This document shows positions 26,438 through 35,979 of a stretch of DNA of 64,000 nt, piece by piece. Location of the stretch: the NCBI GenBank assembly GCA_964543385.1, contig CAZIYE010000002.1, positions 34 through 64,033 of the forward strand. The letters run 5' to 3'. Position 1 is the first letter of the stretch. Each line of letters begins with the position of its first letter. The notes below the pieces were generated by a model. The model saw only the letters and a list, made by a program, of their open reading frames with translations. It did not search any database and had not been told where the DNA came from. The stretch is from an uncultured Candidatus Saccharibacteria bacterium (GTDB lineage: Bacteria; Patescibacteriota; UBA1384; XYA2-FULL-43-10; 1-14-0-10-43-13). Position numbers and translations under genes: made by a program.

Positions 26438-26985
26438 TTTACTAAAGGTTTTTTACTATATTGGCATCCGCAATATTGTTGTCTATATAATCCGAAATTA
26501 TTTGATAGTTCGATTGATTTTTTATATCCATCTTCTTTCTTAAAATCAAAAAAAATAAAATTGTCAGAAATATTTTCCCCAATTTCCTTTATCATCGCTG
26601 AGTTTTTGTGTGGCGATATCGGTAATGTGGTAGAAAAATTTGATTCTAACTGTTTGCTAAAATCAGCTGTTTTTCTCAATCTGAACTCAATGCATTTTCT
26701 GCATCTTTCGCCACCTTCTGGCTCATTGTCGAGGCCTTTTATATATTGATGCCATTGTGAATTTTCAGAGATATAATCATAATTGTTATCGATTATGATT
26801 CCTCTGCAATCTTTTTTTTCTAAAAAATTCTTTAACGTCTCGTGCCTTTTTTCATGTTCGGAAAAGGGCTCAATATTGGGGTTATACCAAAAAATTAAGC
26901 TTATGATATTAAGAGTTTCTAATTTTTCTAGTGATGCTGTAAGACATGGAGCGCAGCAGGTGTGAAGTAAAATTTTATTTTCCAT
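26434..26985 (-). CDS. queH: epoxyqueuosine reductase QueH (DUF208)
   Basis: LLHTCCAPC N-terminal Cys cluster and conserved C-terminal Cys (CGCQYS) of QueH. Confidence 0.8.
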   Translation of the reverse strand: MENKILLHTCCAPCLTASLEKLETLNIISLIFWYNPNIEPFSEHEKRHETLKNFLEKKDCRGIIIDNNYDYISENSQWHQYIKGLDNEPEGGERCRKCIEFRLRKTADFSKQLESNFSTTLPISPHKNSAMIKEIGENISDNFIFFDFKKEDGYKKSIELSNNFGLYRQQYCGCQYSKKPLVN

Positions 26986-27951
26986 TTAAATTTTTTCTAT
27001 TATCCTGAGTTTAGCGCTTCTCGATCTTATATTTATTTCCATTTCTTTGTCTGTCGGGAGAATCGGTTTTCTTGTTATTATTTTGACCGTAGGTTTTTTG
27101 CCGCATATGCAGGGCATTGCCTTTGGACATTCGCATGGATCGGTTAGCTTTAGAAAAGCATGTTTAACTATCCGATCTTCCAGGGAATGGAACGTTATAA
27201 TTGCAAGTCGGCCGCCTTTTTTCAGAGTGTCTGCAAAATTATAAATAGCTTCATCTAATTTAGTAAGTTCTGAATTTACTTCAATCCTTAAAGCCTGAAA
27301 AGTTCTAGTAGCAAAATGTGTCCGGCCATGTTTGAATTTATCAGGCATTGATTTTGCTATTATATCTAATAGATCGCCAATTTTTTCTATCTTCTTTGTT
27401 TTTCTTATATCGCAAATATTCCTGGCAATCCTTTTTGCGAAAGGCTCTTCGCCATATTCTTTGAGAATGTGTTCCATCCTGGCCTCGGGGTAATTGCCGA
27501 GAATATATTTTGCGTCAAATTTTTTTGTTTGATCCATCCTCATGTCGAGAGGTTGATTAGGATCTTTGAAAGAAAAACCACGCTCTGATCTATCCAACTG
27601 CATAGATGAGACGCCAAGATCTATCAGCGCTCCGCTAATAGATGGTGCGTTTAAATCGCCTAAGATGGTTTTGATATTTTTGAAATTGTCATGAACCAGG
27701 GTAAAATTTTCTTCTAATCCAGCCTTCTTAGTATTAGATTCAGCAATTATTAGTGCTTCTTGGTCTTGGTCTATTCCTATAATTCGAAGTTCATTTGTCG
27801 AAATTTGGAAATTATCAGCTAGAGCTAGACTGTGTCCAGCGGCTCCGAGAGTGCCATCAACAAAAATTGGATTCTTTAAATCCTTCAAATAATCAAAACA
27901 TTCTACTATTTCTTTTTTTAATACCGGTATATGCATTAGCCGAAGAATCAT
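26986..27951 (-). CDS. rsmH: 16S rRNA (cytosine1402-N4)-methyltransferase RsmH/MraW
   Basis: MHIPVL..., DGTLGAAGHS SAM-binding motif, 321 aa. Confidence 0.85.
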   Translation of the reverse strand: MILRLMHIPVLKKEIVECFDYLKDLKNPIFVDGTLGAAGHSLALADNFQISTNELRIIGIDQDQEALIIAESNTKKAGLEENFTLVHDNFKNIKTILGDLNAPSISGALIDLGVSSMQLDRSERGFSFKDPNQPLDMRMDQTKKFDAKYILGNYPEARMEHILKEYGEEPFAKRIARNICDIRKTKKIEKIGDLLDIIAKSMPDKFKHGRTHFATRTFQALRIEVNSELTKLDEAIYNFADTLKKGGRLAIITFHSLEDRIVKHAFLKLTDPCECPKAMPCICGKKPTVKIITRKPILPTDKEMEINIRSRSAKLRIIEKI

Positions 27952-28025
27952 TGATATTTACTCTATTTCTGTAAGATTCTATCATAAAATTGAAAATTTA
28001 TCCACGTTGATATATCATAGTACCC

Positions 28026-29612
28026 ATGGATACAAAAAAAATACCCTTCGTGACACCAGAAGGATTAGATTTCATTTCCAATTTTTCTTCGAGCTTTGCC
28101 GAAGCTAATAATTTAAAATCTGATAATGACAAAACAATCAGCTCGGCTTTTATCTATGAAAAGCTCAGGGTTGCCGTCGAATATCAGGAAGAACATCTGA
28201 TTTTAAAGAATGCGATGAGCAGGATACTCAGGAGAAAATGTACACTTTCTCCTAATATTAATGCTGACCAATTATTTTCCGATCTTATTAGCGAACTGGC
28301 TTGGGCAAACTATATAAATCCTGAAGTGCTGAAAGAAAAAGATTCTGAGAGTATAATCTCTATTATTGATAAATATCTAACCATACTCAAATATGCCAAA
28401 ACCGGTCGCTTTGCGCGTCACGAGTTGAATCATGCTGTCATGGACTGGCTTGCATGCGAAATTGATGAGTTTCTAAGACCAGACAAAAGCGAGCAAATTA
28501 TTGTTGACTATGCCTACAACACTCTTATTAAGAGTCTGGATTTGTCAGAGGTTAGAATTGACGAGAAAGAAAATGAAATTCAGATGAAGGGTGCAATCTA
28601 TGGATTCATCCTGAAGCCGGATTATGCACAGGTGCAATATTGGTTTCTGAAAAATATCTACCCCGATTGGAATAGCTGGGGGATAGAAGAGATGAAGAAG
28701 ATGGCTAGAAGCTTCGATCCATACTATAACAAGCTTGACCATGCACTAAATCATCCGTACCGTAAAAATTATATCCAATTTGTAAAACGCCTCATCCCTC
28801 CATTTATACTCTTATACTCTGTCATGATAAAGAAAAAACTCAGTGCTTCGGAGGTAGGGGAGAAGCCGGCGTTATTGCATAGCCTTATTATGGAAGAATA
28901 TAACCTTAAAGTTGCCGAAGCAAGAAATAAAGTATGGAGAGGTACCTTTAGGGCTTTAATATTTATATTAATAACAAAAATTTCTCTGGCCTTTATTATT
29001 GAAATACCTTTTGACAAATATGTCTCTGGTTCGATTGATATGGTTTCTTTGATAATAAATATCTCCTTGCCTCCGTTGCTGATGTTATTTGCTGGTACAT
29101 TTGTCAAATCTCCTTCTCGTCGAAATTACAAAACAATCTCGGATAGTGTCATCAGTCTTTTGACTCAAAATCAGTTGGATAATAAAAAATACACTCTTGT
29201 TAAAAGCCGATCCACTACATTCATGTTCTTTAATTTAGCTTATTCCTTCATTTCTTTGGGTATATTGTCTGCAGTAATTTGGCTATTGCTCTATCTCAAA
29301 TTTAATATTGTTAGCATTACACTTTTCTTTTTCTTTGTCTCTGTTGTCTCTTTCTTCTCATTTAGAATTAGAAATATCGCCCTGGAGCTAGCGATGAAGA
29401 GGGGGCGGGATGATGCTCTTACTTCGATACTAGAACTTGTCTTCATGCCTTTTATTCGTATTGGAAAATTCTTCTCTGATCGGTTTGCTTCTTTTAACCC
29501 AATGATTTTGGCTTTGGATTTTCTTATTGAGGCTCCGCTTAAAACAGTCATAAAAATTATGAACTCTTGGCTGCGCTTTATAAACGCAAAAAAAGAGGAA
29601 TTAGAATTATAA
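28026..29612 (+). CDS. large hypothetical membrane protein (528 aa; soluble N-terminal half, 4-6 C-terminal TM helices)
   Basis: Long ORF with good coding character; no family recognised. Confidence 0.6.
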   Translation: MDTKKIPFVTPEGLDFISNFSSSFAEANNLKSDNDKTISSAFIYEKLRVAVEYQEEHLILKNAMSRILRRKCTLSPNINADQLFSDLISELAWANYINPEVLKEKDSESIISIIDKYLTILKYAKTGRFARHELNHAVMDWLACEIDEFLRPDKSEQIIVDYAYNTLIKSLDLSEVRIDEKENEIQMKGAIYGFILKPDYAQVQYWFLKNIYPDWNSWGIEEMKKMARSFDPYYNKLDHALNHPYRKNYIQFVKRLIPPFILLYSVMIKKKLSASEVGEKPALLHSLIMEEYNLKVAEARNKVWRGTFRALIFILITKISLAFIIEIPFDKYVSGSIDMVSLIINISLPPLLMLFAGTFVKSPSRRNYKTISDSVISLLTQNQLDNKKYTLVKSRSTTFMFFNLAYSFISLGILSAVIWLLLYLKFNIVSITLFFFFVSVVSFFSFRIRNIALELAMKRGRDDALTSILELVFMPFIRIGKFFSDRFASFNPMILALDFLIEAPLKTVIKIMNSWLRFINAKKEELEL

Positions 29613-29625
29613 AATAAGGAGAAAT

Positions 29626-30024
29626 ATGTTAGAAGAAAAAGTTATCTTAGTTGTAGATGATGATCTAACTCTTTTGGAGATGTATGTTGAGAGAATCAAG
29701 GCCGAAGGAGCCATTGTTATAGAGGCCAGGGATGGAGAAGAAGCACTCGAGAAGATTCGCGAAACAAAACCGAATATTATAATGCTTGATGTTATGATGC
29801 CCAAAATCAATGGATTTGACGTTCTAAAACAAATAAAAAGCGATGTTGAGACAGCTGGTATTCCAGTAATCATACTAACTGCGCTATCAGACGACCAAAA
29901 AAGAAGACAGGGTTTACAACTCGGCGCTGCTGATTTTATTGTCAAAGCAGAAACTTTACCTATCGATGTTATTGAGAAAATTAGGAATCTTCTTGCAACT
30001 GAAAGTATGGGGCAGCCACTATAA
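29626..30024 (+). CDS. stand-alone response-regulator receiver (CheY-like REC) domain protein
   Basis: ILVVDDD ... phospho-acceptor D in IIMLDVMMP ... conserved T/K positions; 132 aa, no output domain. Confidence 0.8.
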   Translation: MLEEKVILVVDDDLTLLEMYVERIKAEGAIVIEARDGEEALEKIRETKPNIIMLDVMMPKINGFDVLKQIKSDVETAGIPVIILTALSDDQKRRQGLQLGAADFIVKAETLPIDVIEKIRNLLATESMGQPL

Positions 30025-30527
30025 ATTATTTGAGAGAGTTTACGACAAAATTGATGACCATCGGTCGTCATCTAGTCGAATCATTTCTCATACGGATGTA
30101 TTAGGTCCAGTCAAATTATTTTTAGCACCAACTTGTACTGAAAAAATATATTGAGTCTCGCACGATTATATATTTATTTTATTGGAGAAGAAACCTTGCA
30201 ATCTCTGCAAAATAAAACTTTTTCTGTTTTCTTTACTACAGAGACGCCATCAGCGTCTTTTGTAATTACTGATTTCTCTTTTTCTTCCATCTTGCTTCCA
30301 CAACGGGGACAGTTCATACTGGGCCTTTCTCTTACTTATCTTAAACACTAGACTCAATCAGGCATTAATGCAAGGATTTACTGGATATTTGCCATTTTTC
30401 TATATAACAAATTTCCCCATAAATATATCTGTGTGTTATATCTTTGGGCTTAATATGTAATGGCAAGGTGCCTTGGCTTGATCGTAAAATTATGATATAG
30501 ATAATAAGTTAAGTCATTGCAATAACT

Positions 30528-31214
30528 ATGGTCAATGGAGAAATGAAGCAAAATTTCAAATATATAGATGTAATCACCGTAATATTTGTCGCAGTATTAT
30601 TGATATCTAATATCGCCTCGACAAAAATCACCCAGATCGGTGGTTTTTCTCTTGATGGCGGTACAATACTTTTTCCTCTAGCCTATATTTTTAACGATAT
30701 CTTGACCGAGGTTTATGGATATAGGCAATCAAGGAAGGTTATTTGGTTAGGTTTTGCTAGCGCTATTTTGATGTCCATAACCCTTGGTTTGGTCGGATTT
30801 TTGCCCTCCGCGAATGGCTGGGAGAACCAAGATGCTTATCAAAAAATTCTTGGTCAGGCGCCAAGAATAGTTATCGCAAGCCTTTGTGCTTATCTAGTGG
30901 GAGAGTTCTCAAATTCTTTTATCCTTGCAAAAATGAAAATTGCCTCCAAGGGAAAATGGCTCTGGATGAGAACTGTAGGATCAACATTAGTAGGTGAGCT
31001 ATTAGACAGTCTGATCTTTATCGTCATTGCTTTTTCTGGCGTTTTGCCAAAAGAACTAATAATCGCTCTGATCGTCTCAAACTATGTATTTAAAACGGCT
31101 ATCGAGATAATTTTCACTCCGATAACTTATGTTATAGTTAACTTCTTGAAGAAGGCAGAGGGCCAAGATTACTATGACAAAAAGACAAATTTTAATCCAT
31201 TTGCTTTAAAATAG
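30528..31214 (+). CDS. yhhQ: queuosine-precursor transporter (YhhQ/DUF165, VUT family)
   Basis: NIASTKITQIGGFSLDGGTILFPLAYIFNDILTEVYGY matches the YhhQ signature; 6 TM helices. Confidence 0.75.
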   Translation: MVNGEMKQNFKYIDVITVIFVAVLLISNIASTKITQIGGFSLDGGTILFPLAYIFNDILTEVYGYRQSRKVIWLGFASAILMSITLGLVGFLPSANGWENQDAYQKILGQAPRIVIASLCAYLVGEFSNSFILAKMKIASKGKWLWMRTVGSTLVGELLDSLIFIVIAFSGVLPKELIIALIVSNYVFKTAIEIIFTPITYVIVNFLKKAEGQDYYDKKTNFNPFALK

Positions 31215-31310
31215 CTTAGCCCAATTATTACTCCGATCTCTTGCATGTGTAGGATGGCGCAACTATAATTATCAGTAGATTCCAATTTTATATATTAAAA
31301 AAAGGAACAA

Positions 31311-31541
31311 ATGAGCAAAGATATAATCAGGAGATTAATCGGCGACTCCATCGTTGTAGAGGAGAGATCAATACCTATCTACACTCGTCATCTAAAAGAT
31401 TCCTTATTTTGGTCGCCATTTTCTCCGAAAGAGGAAGAATCCATCAAAAGCAAACTCCAGATTCTCGAATCACAGTCAGAGGAACATGTTATTTTGCTGC
31501 GAAAACTTGGTGAATTATTAAGGGAGGAACAATGTTCATAA
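31311..31541 (+). CDS. hypothetical small protein
   Basis: 76-aa ORF, overlaps the next ORF by 10 nt; no family recognised. Confidence 0.4.
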   Translation: MSKDIIRRLIGDSIVVEERSIPIYTRHLKDSLFWSPFSPKEEESIKSKLQILESQSEEHVILLRKLGELLREEQCS

Positions 31542-31732
31542 AAAGAGAATATCTAAAATATTTCAACGAGATTGAGCAAGTCGAGGCAGAGATGATTCGA
31601 CGAGCCAAAGAATTACAAAAAGTCTTCGAAGGTAGTAGAGAAGCTACAGCGCTAGTCAACACGTGGCTTGCAGATGAAGAATCCCATCGCGAAATTGCAC
31701 AAGAACTTATCAAAATAGTCAAAAAGAGATAG
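31532..31732 (+). CDS. hypothetical small helical protein
   Basis: 66-aa ORF; no family recognised. Confidence 0.4.
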   Translation: MFIKREYLKYFNEIEQVEAEMIRRAKELQKVFEGSREATALVNTWLADEESHREIAQELIKIVKKR

Positions 31733-31787
31733 ATATCGGCCTTAATAAAGGGTTGATAAAGTAGTCAATTACTGCTACATTTTTGTA

Positions 31788-32234
31788 ATGTATAAAAGAA
31801 TATCAAACTTCAAATATAAGCGTTTGCGTCATGCCGTATCTGTCCCATTTATTTTTGGTATGGCGATACCAATCGTCATACTGGATTTTTTTATAGAGAT
31901 TTATCACCATGTTGCCTTTCCTCTCTATGGACTGCCAATTATCGAACGCAAGAAATACATTAGAATAGATCGCCAAAAATTATCCTATGTCGAAAACTTC
32001 GATAAGATCTGGTGTATGTACTGCGGCTATGCAAATGGTGCGCTGAATTATGCTGTCAAAATCGCTGGTGATACAGAGAAATATTGGTGTGGTATTAAGC
32101 ACAAGGAGGGTGATGGATTTATTCCTCCGGCCCACCATAAGGATTTCCTCCCGTACGGTGATGAGAAAGCATACCGCGATCTCGTAGATCAAAAAGAATG
32201 CAAACTTGCTAAAGATAGCAATAAATATAACTAA
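31788..32234 (+). CDS. hypothetical protein with N-terminal TM and Cys/His cluster (CMYCGY...YWCGIKH)
   Basis: 148-aa ORF; no family recognised. Confidence 0.5.
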   Translation: MYKRISNFKYKRLRHAVSVPFIFGMAIPIVILDFFIEIYHHVAFPLYGLPIIERKKYIRIDRQKLSYVENFDKIWCMYCGYANGALNYAVKIAGDTEKYWCGIKHKEGDGFIPPAHHKDFLPYGDEKAYRDLVDQKECKLAKDSNKYN

Positions 32235-32347
32235 TATAAAAACTACAAATCATCTCTTGGGCTATCGGTGTAATGATTTTGTTGCGGCTAATTTTTTGAT
32301 CTCAACTTCCAACAAAAAAGAACCTGAAACTAGTCCAGATTCCCTTA

Positions 32348-32735
32348 TGGTGGAGGCGGTCGGAGTTGCACCGGCGTCCAAAAGGTCAAAAACATACATT
32401 CTACAAGTTTAGACACGATTAAATTTTTCAGACTAAGCTTAAATCGTGACCAAAAAACTTTTGTCCTGCCTCAAGAAATCTTAATCGAGCACGCTTGAGA
32501 ACCGTACACGCAGCATCCCGATGTATAACACCCGTGATCCATCGTCGAGACGCAATGGGCGGATGCAGTCGCTATTAAGCAGCAACTGGAGCGAAAGCAA
32601 AGCCAGCAAAAGCTGTCTTTACGCGCTCAACAAGTGATTTTGCACTTGAGTTTTTTGTATGCACTTTGAAGCGGCAATACTTACTTACTTGCAATATGTT
32701 TTTAAAGTACCTTCTGTCGAAGCTAATACGCCCCC
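32348..32735 (-). ncRNA. ssrA: tmRNA (SsrA), ~388 nt; predicted tag peptide (A)KSLVERVKTAFAGFAFAPVAA
   Basis: On the minus strand: 5' GGGGGCGUAUUAGCUUCGACAGAAGG (compare E. coli GGGGCUGAUUCUGGAUUCGACGGG); 3' GGACGCCGGUGCAACUCCGACCGCCUCCACCA (compare E. coli GGACGCGGGUUCAACUCCCGCCAGCUCCACCA). Acceptor stem has the G3.U70 alanine-identity pair. Internal frame from resume codon GCA to GCU GCU UAA; region is GC-richer than its surroundings. Confidence 0.85.
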
Positions 32736-32796
32736 ATGTGAAAAAAATATGTTCAATTTTTGAACTTCATAATTTTATAACTTTATGAGTCTATTG

Positions 32797-33066
32797 TCAA
32801 CGTTTAGTGCTATCAACTATATTAACAATTTTCTCGATCAATCCACCCAAAAAGCTGTTACCATCAAGTCCTAGGTGGGTTAGGAAATATACTACGCCTG
32901 CAGCGATAATCGCTGAGCCAATAAAGAAACCAAATCCATAGAGAATGCCTCTGAGAAAATTCCAACGTAGGCTCGACTGTTTTTTCCAGTAATGTTTTAA
33001 TTCTGATAAAACCTCGTGAAGGTCTCTCAAATCATCACTCAATAATTTCTCTGAATTTTGGTCCAT
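32797..33066 (-). CDS. small single-TM membrane protein (hypothetical)
   Basis: 89-aa ORF with one hydrophobic helix. Confidence 0.5.
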   Translation of the reverse strand: MDQNSEKLLSDDLRDLHEVLSELKHYWKKQSSLRWNFLRGILYGFGFFIGSAIIAAGVVYFLTHLGLDGNSFLGGLIEKIVNIVDSTKR

Positions 33067-33137
33067 TATTGCTCCATTTTATTTTGTTAAATTATAGCAT
33101 CTTTTGCCATAACGTAAAATAATGTTATGATTTCTTT

Positions 33138-33689
33138 ATGATTTTAACATTTTCTATTTTTATTTTGATAGTTTTGCTGCTGGTGGTTTTTTGGCAGGGG
33201 TCATTGCTCATAGCTACAATGATTGGCTCACCTGTAGTTTATTCATATCGCGGAGCAGTTATAGACTCGATGGAATTAGCCGGAGCAAAGAAGGGGGATC
33301 TTGTTATAGATCTCGGTTGTGGTAGCGCTAGGACATTGATTACCGCTGTCCAGAAATTTGGAGTAAAAGGTGTCGGAGTAGACAGGTCCCTATATTGTTA
33401 CCTTAGATCTCTGATGAATGTTTGGCTAAGTGGCAATCGAAAAAATATCAAGATTATCTTGGGCGACTTCAAGAAGGCGGAGGAGGATTTAAAGAAGGCC
33501 GATATTGTTTACCTATATTTGCTAAATACAACTCTAAAACAAATTGAAGATTGGATCTTCCAATCTATCGGCGATAAAACAAAAATTATTTCCTTGGCTT
33601 TTTATTTTGAAAAGCATAAGCCTATTGCTGAAGCCATGACTTTTACTCTTGGTAAGGAGACAAAAGCGAGACTATATAATAAAAAGTAA
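33138..33689 (+). CDS. class I SAM-dependent methyltransferase-like protein with N-terminal TM
   Basis: LVIDLGCGSARTL (motif I) ... GVGVD; 183 aa. Confidence 0.6.
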   Translation: MILTFSIFILIVLLLVVFWQGSLLIATMIGSPVVYSYRGAVIDSMELAGAKKGDLVIDLGCGSARTLITAVQKFGVKGVGVDRSLYCYLRSLMNVWLSGNRKNIKIILGDFKKAEEDLKKADIVYLYLLNTTLKQIEDWIFQSIGDKTKIISLAFYFEKHKPIAEAMTFTLGKETKARLYNKK

Positions 33690-33742
33690 TAACTATCATT
33701 TTGACTCTTGACAAGATGTAAAGCCTGCTTTACATTTTAGAT

Positions 33743-34492
33743 ATGGAAGAAAAAGATTTACCAATCGAAAACAGGCTTAAGGACTTGCGAAAAGAAAAGC
33801 ACCTTAGTCAAGAGGAATTAGCCGATGCAATCGGTATTTCTCGTCAGTCAATAATCTCACTTGAACAAGGCAGATCAATGCCTTCTGTTCCGTTGGCGAT
33901 TTCCCTATGTCGGTATTTTGATGCCGCATTTGAAGAACTTTTCGACTTCGAGCGCGAAGTTGATAGAGAAATCAACAATGCAATTCACAATGGTAGTATT
34001 AATATAAAAGTAATTAATGATCCAGAAGTCGGATCGAGAAAGGACAATGCTATGGTAGAATTAGAGCCATGGAGACCTTTTAGAGAAACAGTATCCTTGA
34101 GAGACGCAATGGATCGGCTTTTAGAGGATAGTTTTATTACTCCTGCCAAAATGGGGGGTATGCCTCGAATTGATGTCAAAGATAAGAAAGACTCAATTGT
34201 AGTTAAAGCCGAGTTGCCAGGAATCAAGGAAGAGGACATCAATGTCGAAATCCTCGATAATGTCATGACAATCTCAGGTGAGAAAAAAGAGGAAAAAGAA
34301 GAGAAAGAAGAGGACAAAGGCTATTATTACAAAGAAAGCCATACTGGAAAATTCTCTCGAAGTTTCACCCTGCCATCTGAAGTAATGACCGAAAGGGCCG
34401 TTGCTGATATGAAAAATGGTATTCTCACAATCACTGTTCCAAAAATAGAGCCAAAGAAAGCTCAAAAGATAAGCATCGCCCCAAAGAGATAA
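33743..34492 (+). CDS. XRE-family HTH domain fused to a complete Hsp20/alpha-crystallin small heat-shock protein
   Basis: Residues ~8-65 LRKEKHLSQEELADAIGISRQSIISLEQGRSMPSVPLAISLCRYFD (HTH_3). Then WRPFRE ... PRIDVKDKKDSIVVKAELPGIKEEDINVEILDNVMTISGEKKEE ... GKFSRSFTLP ... GILTITVPK (alpha-crystallin domain) in one uninterrupted frame. Confidence 0.75.
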   Translation: MEEKDLPIENRLKDLRKEKHLSQEELADAIGISRQSIISLEQGRSMPSVPLAISLCRYFDAAFEELFDFEREVDREINNAIHNGSINIKVINDPEVGSRKDNAMVELEPWRPFRETVSLRDAMDRLLEDSFITPAKMGGMPRIDVKDKKDSIVVKAELPGIKEEDINVEILDNVMTISGEKKEEKEEKEEDKGYYYKESHTGKFSRSFTLPSEVMTERAVADMKNGILTITVPKIEPKKAQKISIAPKR

Positions 34493-34563
34493 AGGCCATC
34501 TAAATAATAAATAACCCCGAAATTTAATCGGGGTTATTTATTATTAAGGACGGACCTATTATT

Positions 34564-35190
34564 TTATGAAAGAAAATCTTTGCCACTCCAATCATCCATA
34601 AATTCTCTTAGATATTTTGCGATAATCTCATGTCTCCTATCTGCAATTATTCTAGCAGTTTTAGTATTCATCATATCTCTTAAGAGCAAAAGTTTTTCAT
34701 GAAAGTGGTTTATACTTGATCCATTTTCTTCCTGAGATTCTTCAGGGTCGAAAATTGGTCTATTTATCTGTGCGCCGTAAGCAAATGTTCTGGCAATACC
34801 AATAGCACCTAGTGCATCGAGTCGATCTGCATCTTGGACGATTTGTGCCTCTAGTGTCTCTGGTTTTATAGCATGCCTTTTATCCTTGAAGCTCACTGTT
34901 AAAATTACATCAATAATTCTATCAATCTTTTCTTGGCCAATCCCTAGAGTGTCCAACCATTTCCGCGTCTTGGATCTCTCTTTCTCATCTTCTACACTTG
35001 AGAACTTGTGATCATCAATATCATGAAGCAGAGCAGCCATCTCTACAATAAAAGCATCGGCTTTTTCCTTTTCGCAAATATATTGTGCAGCTTTCCAAAC
35101 CCTCTGAGTATGCCACCAATCATGACCAGAAATGTCATCCTTGAAAAAATCTTTTACAAAATCAATTGTTTTCTCTATTTCTTTATTCAT
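34564..35190 (-). CDS. HD-domain metal-dependent phosphohydrolase
   Basis: HTQRV ... LLHDIDD HD motif; 208 aa. Confidence 0.8.
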   Translation of the reverse strand: MNKEIEKTIDFVKDFFKDDISGHDWWHTQRVWKAAQYICEKEKADAFIVEMAALLHDIDDHKFSSVEDEKERSKTRKWLDTLGIGQEKIDRIIDVILTVSFKDKRHAIKPETLEAQIVQDADRLDALGAIGIARTFAYGAQINRPIFDPEESQEENGSSINHFHEKLLLLRDMMNTKTARIIADRRHEIIAKYLREFMDDWSGKDFLS

Positions 35191-35257
35191 ATATCTATTA
35201 TATCAGAGATTATTTTTCTAAATAAAAAAAAGGTCATCACTATCGATGATCTTTTTT

Positions 35258-35334
35258 TGGTGGGGCTGGGCGGACTCGAACCGCAGACCTCTTCAATGTC
35301 AATGAAGCGCTCTAACCAACTGAGCTACAGCCCC
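35258..35334 (-). tRNA. tRNA-Val (anticodon GAC)
   Basis: Minus-strand read: acceptor GGGGCTG/CAGCCCC, D-arm GCTC-AGTTGGTTA-GAGC, anticodon stem CTTCA/TGAAG with loop TTGACAT, CCA encoded. Confidence 0.85.
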
Positions 35335-35538
35335 AAGTATTTATTTCCCAGATTGGAACAACAAGAATATTAGCAAATTATTTGCAATTATTCAACTTCG
35401 ACAGCGATAAATCAGCTCACTGTGGAAAACTAGAGTTACTTAAAATTCATTAACTATCTATAATAAACATACAAACAAAAATAAAAACAAAATTGGCGCT
35501 TATTTATAGTGAAAGCGCTTTTTTAATCCCCAAAATAT

Positions 35539-35979
35539 ATGAAGATCAAAGCAAAAAAATTAAATAAAGATGCCATTGTTCCTGTCCATTTATTACATGG
35601 TGACGCAGGGTTGGACTTACATTCCGTAATAGATGTAACTTTAAACTCAGGAGAGAGGCTTGCAGTGCCTACAGGGCTAGCATTTGAGCTGCCGGAGGGC
35701 TATGTATCATTGATCTGGGATAAGAGCGGATTAGCTCTGCGAAATGGTATAAAAACGATGGGCGGGGTGATAGAATATACTTATCGGGGTGAATATAAAA
35801 TAATATTGCTAAACACGACCAATACGCCGTTTCATATTAAAAAGGGTGATAAAATCGCCCAGATGCTGGTGCAGCCAATAATGTCAGTTGATGTTGAAGA
35901 AGTCGAAGAATTAAGCGAGACAGAGCGCGGACTACATGGATTTGGCTCTGCTGATGAGAAGCTAAAGAATGGAAAATAA
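35539..35979 (+). CDS. dut: dUTP diphosphatase (canonical trimeric dUTPase)
   Basis: GLDL, PTGLAFELPEGY, motif III GGVIEYTYRGEYKIILLNT, C-terminal GFGS motif V. Confidence 0.85.
   Translation: MKIKAKKLNKDAIVPVHLLHGDAGLDLHSVIDVTLNSGERLAVPTGLAFELPEGYVSLIWDKSGLALRNGIKTMGGVIEYTYRGEYKIILLNTTNTPFHIKKGDKIAQMLVQPIMSVDVEEVEELSETERGLHGFGSADEKLKNGK

Noticed and set aside
29607-30071. 154-aa minus-strand ORF
   Set aside because: Antisense to the response-regulator gene, which has clear REC motifs.
30360-30527. Possible preQ1 riboswitch upstream of yhhQ
   Set aside because: No hairpin plus A-rich tail matching the preQ1-I (or -II) consensus could be recognised; only a short CAAGG/CCTTG hairpin.
32206-32412. 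68-aa plus-strand ORF
   Set aside because: Lies on the 3' end of the tmRNA gene (opposite strand); non-coding RNA explains the region.
35008-35373. 121-aa plus-strand ORF
   Set aside because: Antisense to the HD-domain gene start and runs through tRNA-Val.
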